DNA of 60,344 bases from Armatimonadota bacterium (GTDB taxonomy: Bacteria > Armatimonadota > UBA5829 > DTLH01), in NCBI GenBank assembly GCA_038207085.1, contig JBBRAE010000017.1, positions 1 through 60,344 of the forward strand, written 5' to 3'. A program made the position numbers and the translations under genes. A model generated the notes under the pieces. The model ran no database searches and was not told the origin of the DNA. It saw only the letters and a program-made list of their open reading frames with translations. Below, piece by piece: positions 1 through 9,479 of this stretch. Positions within the stretch are counted from its first letter, which is position 1. The number at the start of each line of letters is the position of its first letter.

Positions 1-76
1 CCGAAGCATCAAAAGCATCAAGACAACGCTTGGCAATCTGCTTGAGTGATCGCTCGAAAGTCAGTAATTACCTCAC

Positions 77-111
77 AAAAAATGGGCCCACCAAGAGACC
101 AGGTGGGCCCA
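77..111 (-). terminator. Intrinsic terminator downstream of the 1374-aa protein gene
   Basis: Stem TGGGCCCACC (83-92) / GGTGGGCCCA (102-111) followed on the minus strand by a T6 run (77-82). Confidence 0.7.
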
Positions 112-268
112 AATCAGAAACTTTCCGGCCACTACACCGGACGTCCGGGGGCTTTCTTCATATTTTGCAAGTCGGCTCCCGTCAAGACAGCCTCTCGTGT
201 CCAGGCTGCCTTGATGGAAGGCCGGGCCCTCCGTAGAAGGCCCGGCTCGTAGTAGTCAGTCGGTGGGG

Positions 269-3200
269 CTAGTTCCCCGTATAGTCATCGAGGTCGTTCA
301 GACCCGAGCCGTAGCCTCTCGGGAAGATGACCGTGTCAGCGCCGTCCTTCACCACAATGCCCATTACTGCAATGTAGTGGCCGACCGTGCCTGCCTGAAT
401 CGGCAGTGGATCGTTCATCCACGTGCCCTGTCCGCGCATCTTCACCTTGAAGTCGCCGGATCCGTCGTTGATGATGTAGTACTCATACGGCCACCGAGCT
501 TTTTCGTCGTCAGTGCCTGTGGTGTTGGGAACAAGAGCTGTTACCTTGCCCCACATCCTGACGAACCTGTCGCGAGCCGAAGGACCAGCCGCGGTAAGCG
601 CCTTGCCGCTGATACCAAGCGGCTTGAGCGGCGTCCCCAGGACCTGATCGTTGATTGAGATCAGCTGAATTACCTTGCGAGCAGGATCAGCCGGGTCGCT
701 TATGATCTTGCCGCTGAAGGTGATCTTCCAACCCACAGGAACCACTATGGTGTTGGCATCTCCAACCAGCTTGAAGGCCTGGCTCCTGTCGTTTGTAGAG
801 ACGTAGATGCTATAGTCCTTGTAGTTGTTTGCAGCCGCGGTAACAGTGAGCGGCGTGAGCATCATTATCGGTGTGCCAACAATGTTGCCAGCGATCTGAG
901 CCTTCAGGTCAGCTGCACTGTTGCACTGAATGATAGTCGTGTTGCGAACGACGCTTCCAGTTATCGCAAGGCTGAGCGGCGGATGCACGTTGGTGCCATG
1001 TCCCGTAGACCACTCGTAACCCGACTGGTAGTCGAAGTCATGCGAGAAGTCGACCACGTCGCCGCTGTTTAGCGGAATAGTCAGATTGAACACCTGCTCT
1101 GCGCCACCTGCCGTGCTGTCGGTGTACCCGGCCGCATTGGTGCCGATAAAGCCTGCGCAGAGCTTCTTTGTAAGGATATTGCCGTTCTTCAGAATAGCGA
1201 ACCCTTGGCTAGTTCCCATCGCATGCTGGTTGAAGACTCGGCAATAGATGTCGTATGCGCCGGTCGCAGGAGTCGTCCAGCGAACCGATGCGATGTCGTT
1301 TATGTTGCCACTTGAAATGAACATGTCATGTGGCTCGATGTAGTTGTACTTGGGATTCGCTCCCCAACCGGTCGCAATGATCGGAGCGTCGGACTCGTTC
1401 TTTCCGATCATAGGACGCCAGAACCCGACGCGTTCCCATCTCGTTGCTGTGGCCTGCGGATTAGACGCGCCGTCGTTAAAGATCGATGTGATCACATAAT
1501 CGAGCAGCCCAAACGTGTTGCTGGTGGCCTGATTGAACGCACCATAGCTCCACTGCCCGTTGGGGTTCACAAGGGTCGTGTAGTCCTGGGACATATCCCA
1601 TGTTCCAAGGTGATGCATAACGATGTCGGCTGCAGTCACAGTCTGGTCGGCAATCGCGGTAACTTCGCCAATTCCCATACCGAAGCCACCCTTGAAGGTC
1701 GTAATCTCATAGTAGCCTGCACCAACGGAAGTCTGGTAGTAACCATCTTTGTCGGTGTAGAGCGTGTAGCCTTCAACCTGGACCCTCGCGTTAGGGATCG
1801 GCGCATTGCCGGGAACGTCCGAGATTACTCTACCCTTGACCAACGTGTTTGACTTGGCAATGGTCAGGTCCATCTGAGTCCAGCCGTCGGTTGCATCCCA
1901 GACCATCGACTCCAGAGTGTCACCGAAATTAAGCGCCATCTCATTATTAGCATACTCAACAGTCGGAGTGCCGAAGCTGTCGGTGTATCCGGCGGCGAAC
2001 GATCCGGCAAATCCGCTTATCGTCGTCTCGCCGACAACATAGGTCACAGTAGGACCGGCTGTCCTTCTGAGGGCAACCTTGGCGGTGGTTCCCCCACTGA
2101 CCTTGGTACCGGACCACTTTGCCGATACCTTGTAAACACCGGCGGTTCCTACGGTGAACTTGGCGATTGTGCGATAGCCGTCCGCGCTCGCCACAACCTT
2201 GCCACTGTCTATAGACTGCGGCGCTACGTTCATCGGCCACTGTGTCGAGTTGCCGGGCAACGCCATGTGCTTGATGAACCCGCTGTATTTGATGCCGTTG
2301 GTGATGTTTGAGAACCACATCGGCGACAGACTAGACAGTCCACCCATCTGGCCGCTGTTGCTGGGGTAAGGGGTAAACCCTTCGCCGGTGGACACGTCAG
2401 AGCCATAGCTCCATGTGGAACCAAGCACAGATACGGGGTTGCCACCTGCCACATACTTGAAGTCAGAGGCAAGATCCCAGCCCATTGAGAGAACCGGGCT
2501 AAGCGTTGTGGCTGCTGTCATGTTCAGGGCTTGGGTCTTGCCCACATATCCCGTCTTGCTGAAGCCAAGCGCCACTATGCCTCGTGAGACCAGAAGGCTG
2601 TAGTTTCCAGCCAAATCAGTAGTGGTTGAGTAGACGCCGTCCACTGATGAGACAACCACGCCCGCAATCGCCGGGTTCGGCGAAGCGGAATCCGTGACTT
2701 TTCCTGAAACAACCACACCGACAGGCAGCGTGTAGTTCTTGTTGGGAGTAAGCGTAGTAAGCGTTATGTTCTCAGTAACTGTCATCGTTTCATAACCGGG
2801 CTTGCTGATCGCGAGGTCGTATGAGCCTGTGCTCGACACAATCAGCGTATAGACGCCGGCGTTGTCCGTGGTGGCAGTCTCAGTGCCGTTAACGTTCTTT
2901 ACCACGGCACCCGCGAGCTTGACGAGGTTGCTGTCCTGCACGTAGCCGGTGATTCCAATGGCGCCGGTCTTGATGGTCGCGTCCAATCGGATGCGGTCGG
3001 TAGAATCGGTGCCCTGGGTGATGAAGTCGATATACTCACCCGCCTGCATCTGCACGACATACTTGTTCAGGGTGAGCACACCGGCACCGCTAGCGAGTGT
3101 CGAATAGCTCGATCCGGCGTTCTTCACGACAGCGGAATAGCCGGTAGCAATGTTAGTGATGTTGCTGGTCGATGTGATGTTGTAGTAGTCAGGGGCAGGG

Positions 3201-4393
3201 GCGACCCAGCGCACGACTACGCTGTCGGATGTACCGGGCTTGGAGCCAAACTCCTGCCAGTTAAGTAGGTCAACCCACGTGCCTCTGGGGTTGAAGATGA
3301 TCGACGGATAAGGCGCAGGGTTCGGAGCCGCAACTATCGAGTTGCCCCACACCTGCAGGCTGCCCGAGCTGTCACCGCAGAGCGATGTGGCAGTGAAGGG
3401 CACGAAGTTGTAGCCGCTCACAGCCTTACCTGAGTAGGAGCCATATTTCCACTGGCCGTTGGGGTTGCCGAGTGGCAATTTGGCGCCGCTGACGCTGGCG
3501 AAAATGTAGTCGGCTTTCATGGCCCACGTTCCAGTATGCTGGAGCGTGAACGATCCGACGTTGGTGCCGCCTGTGGTGAGATCCGCCGTGGTCACACTCC
3601 GTTGGGTATAACCGGACTTGCCCAAAGTAAGTGTGTGGACCCCGGGGAACATGACCATACTGAAGTCGCCGTTCTGGTTGGTAACGGCGCTGTAGTTGTT
3701 ATCGGTGACGGTTACACCAGACAGACCGACGTTATTTGCGTCTACTACTCGTCCGGTCTGGAACCAGTTGCCGTCCATGAACGTCACAAAAAAGTTATGG
3801 TAAGCCCAGTTATTACCTTTGCCGACCGCGAAGTCGTAGATGTCACCCGCACTTGGAGTAACCACCGCCGCGCAGCTCACTGAGCCAGGGGTGGCGCCAC
3901 TGACCAACTGCGTCGTCGTTCCTGATACAATACGGTTGACAACAACGGTGGCGCCTTCGGTGGCCTGGAACCGCGCGAGCACTGTATAAGTGCCGGATGT
4001 TCCAGCAGGGGCAGTCCATCTAAGGATGCTCCATTCAATCATACTAGGAGGCATCATACACATTTGGTTTGCGAAGATGCGACCGACTGTCCAACCGCTG
4101 TTCTTGCAGATCATCGGGTATGGCACGTTTTCCCCCGCGCCTCCGACGCCGTTATTGTTGTGCCACGCAAACACGCTGCTGGGAGGGTAGCCATCGCTGG
4201 CGGTAAACCGGGCAAACGTGTAGCTCCCGGTGAGGCTCGCGTTCGCGCTCATGCCGTATTCCCACCCACGGTTCCCCTGGGTGGTGCTTGAAAAATCTGT
4301 GTAGGCGTCCCAAGTGTCGGCTGCGCACGATGCGGCCAACATGAAACAGGTCGCCAAGATGAGCATTGCCCAAAACAGGGTCTTCTTAGTCAT
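269..4393 (-). CDS. Large secreted multidomain surface protein (~1374 aa): four W-x-x-x-x-D-[FY]...W-x-YG beta-rich repeats alternating with carboxypeptidase-regulatory-like (Ig-like) domains, plus a ~220-aa C-terminal module
   Basis: Long ORF; start moved to ATG 4393 (MTKKTLFWAML..., signal peptide) behind RBS AAAGGAG; repeated G-x-V-x-D...TD-x-x-G-x-Y...K-x-G[YF] motifs. Confidence 0.9.
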   Translation of the reverse strand: MTKKTLFWAMLILATCFMLAASCAADTWDAYTDFSSTTQGNRGWEYGMSANASLTGSYTFARFTASDGYPPSSVFAWHNNNGVGGAGENVPYPMICKNSGWTVGRIFANQMCMMPPSMIEWSILRWTAPAGTSGTYTVLARFQATEGATVVVNRIVSGTTTQLVSGATPGSVSCAAVVTPSAGDIYDFAVGKGNNWAYHNFFVTFMDGNWFQTGRVVDANNVGLSGVTVTDNNYSAVTNQNGDFSMVMFPGVHTLTLGKSGYTQRSVTTADLTTGGTNVGSFTLQHTGTWAMKADYIFASVSGAKLPLGNPNGQWKYGSYSGKAVSGYNFVPFTATSLCGDSSGSLQVWGNSIVAAPNPAPYPSIIFNPRGTWVDLLNWQEFGSKPGTSDSVVVRWVAPAPDYYNITSTSNITNIATGYSAVVKNAGSSYSTLASGAGVLTLNKYVVQMQAGEYIDFITQGTDSTDRIRLDATIKTGAIGITGYVQDSNLVKLAGAVVKNVNGTETATTDNAGVYTLIVSSTGSYDLAISKPGYETMTVTENITLTTLTPNKNYTLPVGVVVSGKVTDSASPNPAIAGVVVSSVDGVYSTTTDLAGNYSLLVSRGIVALGFSKTGYVGKTQALNMTAATTLSPVLSMGWDLASDFKYVAGGNPVSVLGSTWSYGSDVSTGEGFTPYPSNSGQMGGLSSLSPMWFSNITNGIKYSGFIKHMALPGNSTQWPMNVAPQSIDSGKVVASADGYRTIAKFTVGTAGVYKVSAKWSGTKVSGGTTAKVALRRTAGPTVTYVVGETTISGFAGSFAAGYTDSFGTPTVEYANNEMALNFGDTLESMVWDATDGWTQMDLTIAKSNTLVKGRVISDVPGNAPIPNARVQVEGYTLYTDKDGYYQTSVGAGYYEITTFKGGFGMGIGEVTAIADQTVTAADIVMHHLGTWDMSQDYTTLVNPNGQWSYGAFNQATSNTFGLLDYVITSIFNDGASNPQATATRWERVGFWRPMIGKNESDAPIIATGWGANPKYNYIEPHDMFISSGNINDIASVRWTTPATGAYDIYCRVFNQHAMGTSQGFAILKNGNILTKKLCAGFIGTNAAGYTDSTAGGAEQVFNLTIPLNSGDVVDFSHDFDYQSGYEWSTGHGTNVHPPLSLAITGSVVRNTTIIQCNSAADLKAQIAGNIVGTPIMMLTPLTVTAAANNYKDYSIYVSTNDRSQAFKLVGDANTIVVPVGWKITFSGKIISDPADPARKVIQLISINDQVLGTPLKPLGISGKALTAAGPSARDRFVRMWGKVTALVPNTTGTDDEKARWPYEYYIINDGSGDFKVKMRGQGTWMNDPLPIQAGTVGHYIAVMGIVVKDGADTVIFPRGYGSGLNDLDDYTGN

Positions 4394-4936
4394 CTCAATA
4401 CTGCTCCTTTCATCTCCCAATGAGTTGTATTTGCCACCGTGCTTGGGAGTGACCACACGGCAACACATTGAAGTCCACTAAAACTACAAAATCGACTTGA
4501 CTAACTGACTCTCACCTCCCGAGATGCCAACGATGGCATTGGTATTAGGAAAAAACCCAGCCAGAGCTACAGGCAAGGGTCTATCGGTTGAACTCTTCTT
4601 CACTATGCCATGTCCAAGCGCCATTGTCAATACCATTCTTCAGATTGTTTTTTTGCCTGATTATGTCAATTGACGTTATGGCTTACTGCTGTAGAATCAG
4701 CACTACTCCGCCACAGTATCTACAGCATATACTCAGAAACGAACGAAACAATAAAGTATTGAGGTGTATAGGCTATTGGAGTCCCGATGACATTAGCGTG
4801 ATAAGCTATTCTGATGCTTGGGCTCTCGGTTTGTTGAGCTGAAGCTCCAAGCGACAGCACTCTCGGCAGAGAGTGCGATAGCCGCCGATCATGGGGCTTC
4901 GGCCCAGAACTGCGAGGGCCGAAGCATCAAAAGAGG

Positions 4937-5023
4937 CCTGCCTGCTCCGTCATAGCTGTAGTGGGTCTTGTAGCCGTTTTCGTCCCGGCTCCAGAGCAGG
5001 TTGCAGCAGGAGTAGGAGTTCTC
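4937..5023 (-). pseudogene. RHS/YD-repeat remnant (~29 codons)
   Basis: Hand translation ENSYSCCNLLWSRDENGYKTHYSYDGAGR matches the YD-repeat pattern D-x-x-G-x-x-T-x-Y-x-YD-x-x-GR. Confidence 0.55.
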
Positions 5024-5279
5024 CGGGATGAACAAGCGAACCTGCTCATCCCGGATATACTCAGCTAAGAAAGGTCAGCTGGACTCAGATGCTATACCGG
5101 AAAAGGTGTCTATCACCTTTTATTCAAATGGCCTCAGCACTGATCGTCTCACTACCTTTCTGGTCCGAGATCCACGCTCCACCTACTCCCCCCTTCAAGA
5201 TGCTTGGTCTGTTCCGCCCCGTGCATATCAATAATACTACCACTGACACACACTGTCTTCAAAACGAGTAATACTCACT

Positions 5280-6707
5280 TTACTTTACCACTACGGTGCG
5301 CTCGGCTTTGATCACTCCCACGGTCGAGTAAGTGTCCATAACCAAGTGCAAAGTGTACTGCCCTGGAGTCAGCTTGGGTTTATTGAAGGACCGCAAGAAG
5401 CAGCCGAATTTCTGCTCTCCAGATGTAAAGGTTTCTAAAGCCAGCTTGTTGTTGGAATCGAAGTACTGGGCTTTCACGGGAATGAATCCTGCACCAAGCT
5501 CAGGATGCACCTGACTGGCACTTGTGATAACAGCCACATCTCCAATGGTTATGCGAAAATCCATCTTCTCGTAAGGCCGGTTCGCGTCTTCGGCAATGAG
5601 CACTATTTCTGCTTTGACGCTGCCATTCAGACTTACGTTGGTGCATTGGCCTGCAACAACATCTACAGGCTTTGTCAGCTTACAGACCAGAGCCATCCCC
5701 CTCTCGGAGTGTGGTTTGATGGTGGCAAAGGCTACGTAATTGCCTTCGGGCACTTGTGCCTCCCCACTATCTTTCTCTGTGATCTTAAACTTACCGTTGT
5801 CTCCGGAGAGTGTGGCACTGGAAACCCCTGTTGGCTCGCCTCCAATGTTTTCGGCGATTATTTTGATAGTTCCGGTCTTACCGGTGTACTCCCCGATGGT
5901 CAGACGGTCGCCGATATCGCTCGCTTTGATAGCATACAGGCACCCACCGATTTGGCACGCATTCTGCAATAGATATCCACAGCCCGGACTGGAAGCACCA
6001 TCGGAGGCATCCTCCGTAGCGGGTTTGAGAAGAACCACATCAGCGAAGCGCGACGGAAGATCGACAGAACCATCCGTTGCCACGCGGTCACCATAGGTGC
6101 CATTTGCGTTGGTATCCAGTAATGTAACTGCTACTTTGCCGGACGAGCTGCTCGCGACACCCTTCCAACCTCCCCTCCTCTGGAGCCCGACCGGGAACTT
6201 GCCGCCAGTCTCAAACACGTACCGCACCTGGATTGGGTAGCTGCAGTGGTCGCCGGACACGGCACCCTGATGAGATGGGATATCAACCCAATCGGTCGCC
6301 ATCACTGGGTAGCCAGATATGGTGTTTATTTTCGAAGTTACCGGCTCATCATCTGATATATCCCAGTTGCGGTTGCTATCAATGTATGCTGTATCGTATC
6401 GAGTACCCGTGCCTTTACTTGCGTCCAGGATTACCCCGACCGCCTCTTCATCTCGAAGGCTGTCAACACGGAATAAGAGCCGCTCAGGATGTGCAGACAC
6501 AAAACTCGGTTCGATCTTTATCAACGAATAGTTCATCGACTGCTGCACGCAGTAGAAATGACACACTGTGACCTGAGGGTCCCACTCCAGCTGGTAAGTA
6601 CCCGGTGCGAGCCGCCCCATCGACTGCTCCAACTTATCAAACTCTGCACCAACACCAGCCGAAGTAAGTGTCACGACTGCAAGCAATCCCGCAAAGAACT
6701 TATTCAT
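5280..6707 (-). CDS. Secreted hypothetical protein (475 aa)
   Basis: Signal peptide MNKFFAGLLAVVTLTSAGVGA; RBS GAGGAG; D-x-N-x-N-[GW] motifs (DSNRNWD, DTNANGT). Confidence 0.8.
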   Translation of the reverse strand: MNKFFAGLLAVVTLTSAGVGAEFDKLEQSMGRLAPGTYQLEWDPQVTVCHFYCVQQSMNYSLIKIEPSFVSAHPERLLFRVDSLRDEEAVGVILDASKGTGTRYDTAYIDSNRNWDISDDEPVTSKINTISGYPVMATDWVDIPSHQGAVSGDHCSYPIQVRYVFETGGKFPVGLQRRGGWKGVASSSSGKVAVTLLDTNANGTYGDRVATDGSVDLPSRFADVVLLKPATEDASDGASSPGCGYLLQNACQIGGCLYAIKASDIGDRLTIGEYTGKTGTIKIIAENIGGEPTGVSSATLSGDNGKFKITEKDSGEAQVPEGNYVAFATIKPHSERGMALVCKLTKPVDVVAGQCTNVSLNGSVKAEIVLIAEDANRPYEKMDFRITIGDVAVITSASQVHPELGAGFIPVKAQYFDSNNKLALETFTSGEQKFGCFLRSFNKPKLTPGQYTLHLVMDTYSTVGVIKAERTVVVK

Positions 6708-6995
6708 CTAACTATCCTCCTCCATCCCAATCTCCCACATCCGTTCAAGATCTCCGTTGGAGTAGCTTTTGAACGCGATCAGGGTTTCGGTGGCGGCGAT
6801 TCCGGGGAGTTTTAGCATTTGGTCGGCGACGACATCGGCGAGATTCTCCATTTCGCTCACGCGCACCATCGCGACGAGGTCCCATTGACCTGCGACGGAG
6901 TAGACTTCTTTTACGCCGGGGACATCGAGGAGCGCCTCGGCGGTTTCAGGCACCATATCTCGCTCGGCCTGGATGAGCACTATGGCTGTTACCAT
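6708..6995 (-). CDS. Stand-alone Lrp/AsnC ligand-binding (RAM) domain protein
   Basis: V-x-EVYSVAGQWDLVA and LPGIAATETLIAF motifs; no HTH. Confidence 0.9.
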   Translation of the reverse strand: MVTAIVLIQAERDMVPETAEALLDVPGVKEVYSVAGQWDLVAMVRVSEMENLADVVADQMLKLPGIAATETLIAFKSYSNGDLERMWEIGMEEDS

Positions 6996-7034
6996 ATAAT
7001 AGAACCCCCTGATCTCAAATAGTGGGGAAGAGAA

Positions 7035-7062
7035 GGCCCGGATTGCAAATCCGGGCCAACAT
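7035..7062. repeat. Palindromic REP-like unit GGCCCGGATTGCAAATCCGGGCCAACAT
   Basis: Reverse complement of the core of the repeats at 15343-15478 and 26264-26443. Confidence 0.7.
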
Positions 7063-7093
7063 AACGGTCATTATGTCCCCTAACCCCGATAAA

Positions 7094-8152
7094 CTAGCCT
7101 TCAGCTACGAACTTAGCCACCATATCGCCGACCTCGGTCGTCGAATAACCCATCTTGCCCGCTGCGAGGCTCTTCAGCTTCTCACCGGTGATCTTGGCGA
7201 TTGCCTTGTCAATGAGATCGGCCGCTTTGGTCTCACCAAGCGTCGCAAGCATCATCTGAGCTGCGCCGATAGCGGCGAGCGGGTTGATGACGTTCATACC
7301 CGTGTACTTGGGAGCGGAACCACCGATCGGCTCGAACATCGAAACGCCCTCGGGGTTGATGTTTCCACCGGCGGCGATCCCCATTCCACCCTGGGTCATC
7401 GCGCCGAGGTCGGTGATGATGTCGCCGAACATGTTGTCCGTGACGATGACGTCGAACCACTCCGGGTTCTTGATCATCCACATCGTGGTAGCATCGACGT
7501 GAGCGTAGTCGGTCTGAATGGTGGGATACTCCGGCGCGACCTCGTAGAACGCTCTCTCCCAAAGGTCCCAAGCGTAAGTGAGGACATTGGTCTTGCCGCA
7601 AAGGGTCAGCTTCTTACCCTTGTTGCGCTTCTCGGCATACTTGAAAGCGTAGCGGATGCAGCGCTCGACGCCCTTGCGGGTGTTGATCGACTCCTGCACG
7701 GCGACCTCATCGGGCGTGCCCTTCTTCAGCACGCCGCCCGCGCCCGTGTAAAGGCCTTCGGTGTTCTCCCTGACTACGACGTAGTCGATGTCCTCGGGGC
7801 CCTTGTCCTTGACCGGGGACCAAACGCCGGGGTAGAGCTTGACCGGCCTCAGGTTGATGTACTGATCCAGCGCAAAGCGGGTGTAGAGAAGAATCCCCTT
7901 CTCAAGGATTCCGGGCTTTACGTCGGGGTGGCCGATCGCGCCGAGCAGGATCGCGTCCTGCTTCCTCAGCTCTTCGAGCACTGAGTCAGGGACGAGCTCG
8001 CCGGTCTTCATATAGCGCTCACCGCCGAGATCGTAATCGGTGGTCTCATACTTGAAACCAGTCTTTTGCGCGGCTGCCTCAAGAACCTTGAGAGCCTCAG
8101 CAACTACTTCCGGGCCGGTTCCATCACCGCCCATTACACCTATCTTATACAT
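7094..8152 (-). CDS. leuB: 3-isopropylmalate dehydrogenase
   Basis: [43 protein letters not shown] motifs. Confidence 0.92.
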   Translation of the reverse strand: MYKIGVMGGDGTGPEVVAEALKVLEAAAQKTGFKYETTDYDLGGERYMKTGELVPDSVLEELRKQDAILLGAIGHPDVKPGILEKGILLYTRFALDQYINLRPVKLYPGVWSPVKDKGPEDIDYVVVRENTEGLYTGAGGVLKKGTPDEVAVQESINTRKGVERCIRYAFKYAEKRNKGKKLTLCGKTNVLTYAWDLWERAFYEVAPEYPTIQTDYAHVDATTMWMIKNPEWFDVIVTDNMFGDIITDLGAMTQGGMGIAAGGNINPEGVSMFEPIGGSAPKYTGMNVINPLAAIGAAQMMLATLGETKAADLIDKAIAKITGEKLKSLAAGKMGYSTTEVGDMVAKFVAEG

Positions 8153-8288
8153 GTCTTATTGAGTCCTCCTGAAAAATCTACTTATTCTACTTAGCCTCCG
8201 AGCACTTTTTTTCCTTCTAACTTATGCGAAGTGGGGTAAGTTTGGGTATTGAATAGTCAGAAATGAAGCGCCACCGTGGAGGATTGCG

Positions 8289-8603
8289 TTGATGATATCA
8301 CAAGAGATCAAACTGCCGAGGCTCGAAGACCTCAGCCACTTGAGTGGGCTGCCGGAAGGGATCATGGCAAGCGACATGGTCACAGACCTGCGAAAAGACC
8401 TGATGAGACTCGGTAAAAGCGAGAAAGAAGCCGTCGAAATCACCCGCAAGATCGCCGAAGCCTACGAGGACGAACGCAGCCGAGCCGTCGAAGCGTGTTA
8501 CCTCGCCGGATATCTAAAGGGAATGGCCGACATGTCCCAAAGGTTCAAACATCTGCTCGAAACCCGCGAGACGACGGGGCACCCCGAGGGAGGCAAGCAG
8601 TAG
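8289..8603 (+). CDS. Hypothetical protein (104 aa)
   Basis: GGAGG RBS upstream; helical charged sequence; no recognised family. Confidence 0.55.
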   Translation: MMISQEIKLPRLEDLSHLSGLPEGIMASDMVTDLRKDLMRLGKSEKEAVEITRKIAEAYEDERSRAVEACYLAGYLKGMADMSQRFKHLLETRETTGHPEGGKQ

Positions 8604-8710
8604 ATTACACTTGTGCGATAGAGTGAGAGCCGCTACACTGAAGATGTCCGTGCCGCCGAGGTGCGGAGTTTATCGACGGGCATAGGAAGCATTAACACGG
8701 CCCGGATATG

Positions 8711-8745
8711 TGGTATAATAGACTAGTCTAAGACCAGTCTATTAT
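8711..8745 (+). promoter_or_regulatory. Extended -10 promoter overlapping a palindromic operator of the TA operon
   Basis: TGgTATAAT (8711-8719); ATAATAGACTAGTCT-A-AGACCAGTCTATTAT (8715-8745), one mismatch. Confidence 0.75.
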
Positions 8746-8757
8746 CGAGGCAAACAT

Positions 8758-9000
8758 ATGGCAACTGTAGGCGCATACGAGGCAAAAACTCACCTTCCAG
8801 CACTGCTCGACAGAGTTGCAAAGGGCGAGCGTATCACAATTACCCGACACGGTGTTCCCGTTGCGGTTCTTGAACCTGTCGAGGCCGATATGCAGATGAC
8901 TGTGGATGAAGCGATTGATAGAATTGCAGAGATCAGCAAAGGCAAGTCGCTCGGTGGTCTTAGCATAAGGCAGATGATTGAGGAAGGCAGAAGATATTGA
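8758..9000 (+). CDS. Phd/YefM family antitoxin
   Basis: MATVGAYEAKTHLPALLDRVAKGERITITRHGVPVAVL. Confidence 0.92.
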   Translation: MATVGAYEAKTHLPALLDRVAKGERITITRHGVPVAVLEPVEADMQMTVDEAIDRIAEISKGKSLGGLSIRQMIEEGRRY

Positions 9001-9413
9001 AAGAGTTTGTGCTGGACTGTAGCGTGACTCTTTCATGGTTCTTTGGAGACGAGTGTGATCCTTACAGCCTGTCGATAAGGGAAAGCCTGCGCCGGTCAAG
9101 AGCACACACTCCCGCCATTTGGCCTTTGGAAGTTGCTAACGGTCTTCTCGTAGCTCAGCGAAAGAACAGACTCACGGCATCAGATGTATTGCTTCTCACC
9201 TCGGCTGTCAAGTTCCTCCGCGTGTTTGTGGAAGAGAAACGTCCTGAAACGTGGATAGAGCAGGTGGTAGCTATCGCCAGACAGTATGACCTGTCCGCCT
9301 ACGACGCAGCCTATCTGGAACTTGCGATCAGGCTGGGTCTGCCTATCGCCACGCTCGATGGTGCGCTCCTTCGCGCAGCAGAATCGGCAGGACTACCAAG
9401 ATTCGAGCCGTAA
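8997..9413 (+). CDS. vapC: VapC (PIN-domain) toxin
   Basis: FVLDCSV...EVAN...LSAYDAAYLELA...ATLD; overlaps the antitoxin stop. Confidence 0.92.
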   Translation: MKEFVLDCSVTLSWFFGDECDPYSLSIRESLRRSRAHTPAIWPLEVANGLLVAQRKNRLTASDVLLLTSAVKFLRVFVEEKRPETWIEQVVAIARQYDLSAYDAAYLELAIRLGLPIATLDGALLRAAESAGLPRFEP

Positions 9414-9416
9414 TAC

Positions 9417-9446
9417 AAAATGGCCGAGCTACAAAAGCCCGGCCAT
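9417..9446 (-). terminator. Terminator hairpin between convergent vapC and manC
   Basis: Minus strand ATGGCCGGGCT-loop-AGCTCGGCCAT followed by TTTGT. Confidence 0.55.
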
Positions 9447-9479
9447 CAATCTGCAATCTACAATTTCAGATCTGAAATC

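Noticed and set aside
4855..4878. CIRCE-like GCACTC...GAGTGC
   Set aside because: Spacer is 8 nt rather than 9, the TTA/TAA flanks are missing, and no chaperone gene is adjacent
7022..7984. Long antisense ORFs (e.g. 7022-7984, 28787-29605, 35467-36366, 47297-48184, 53195-54013)
   Set aside because: Shadow frames opposite well-recognised high-GC genes
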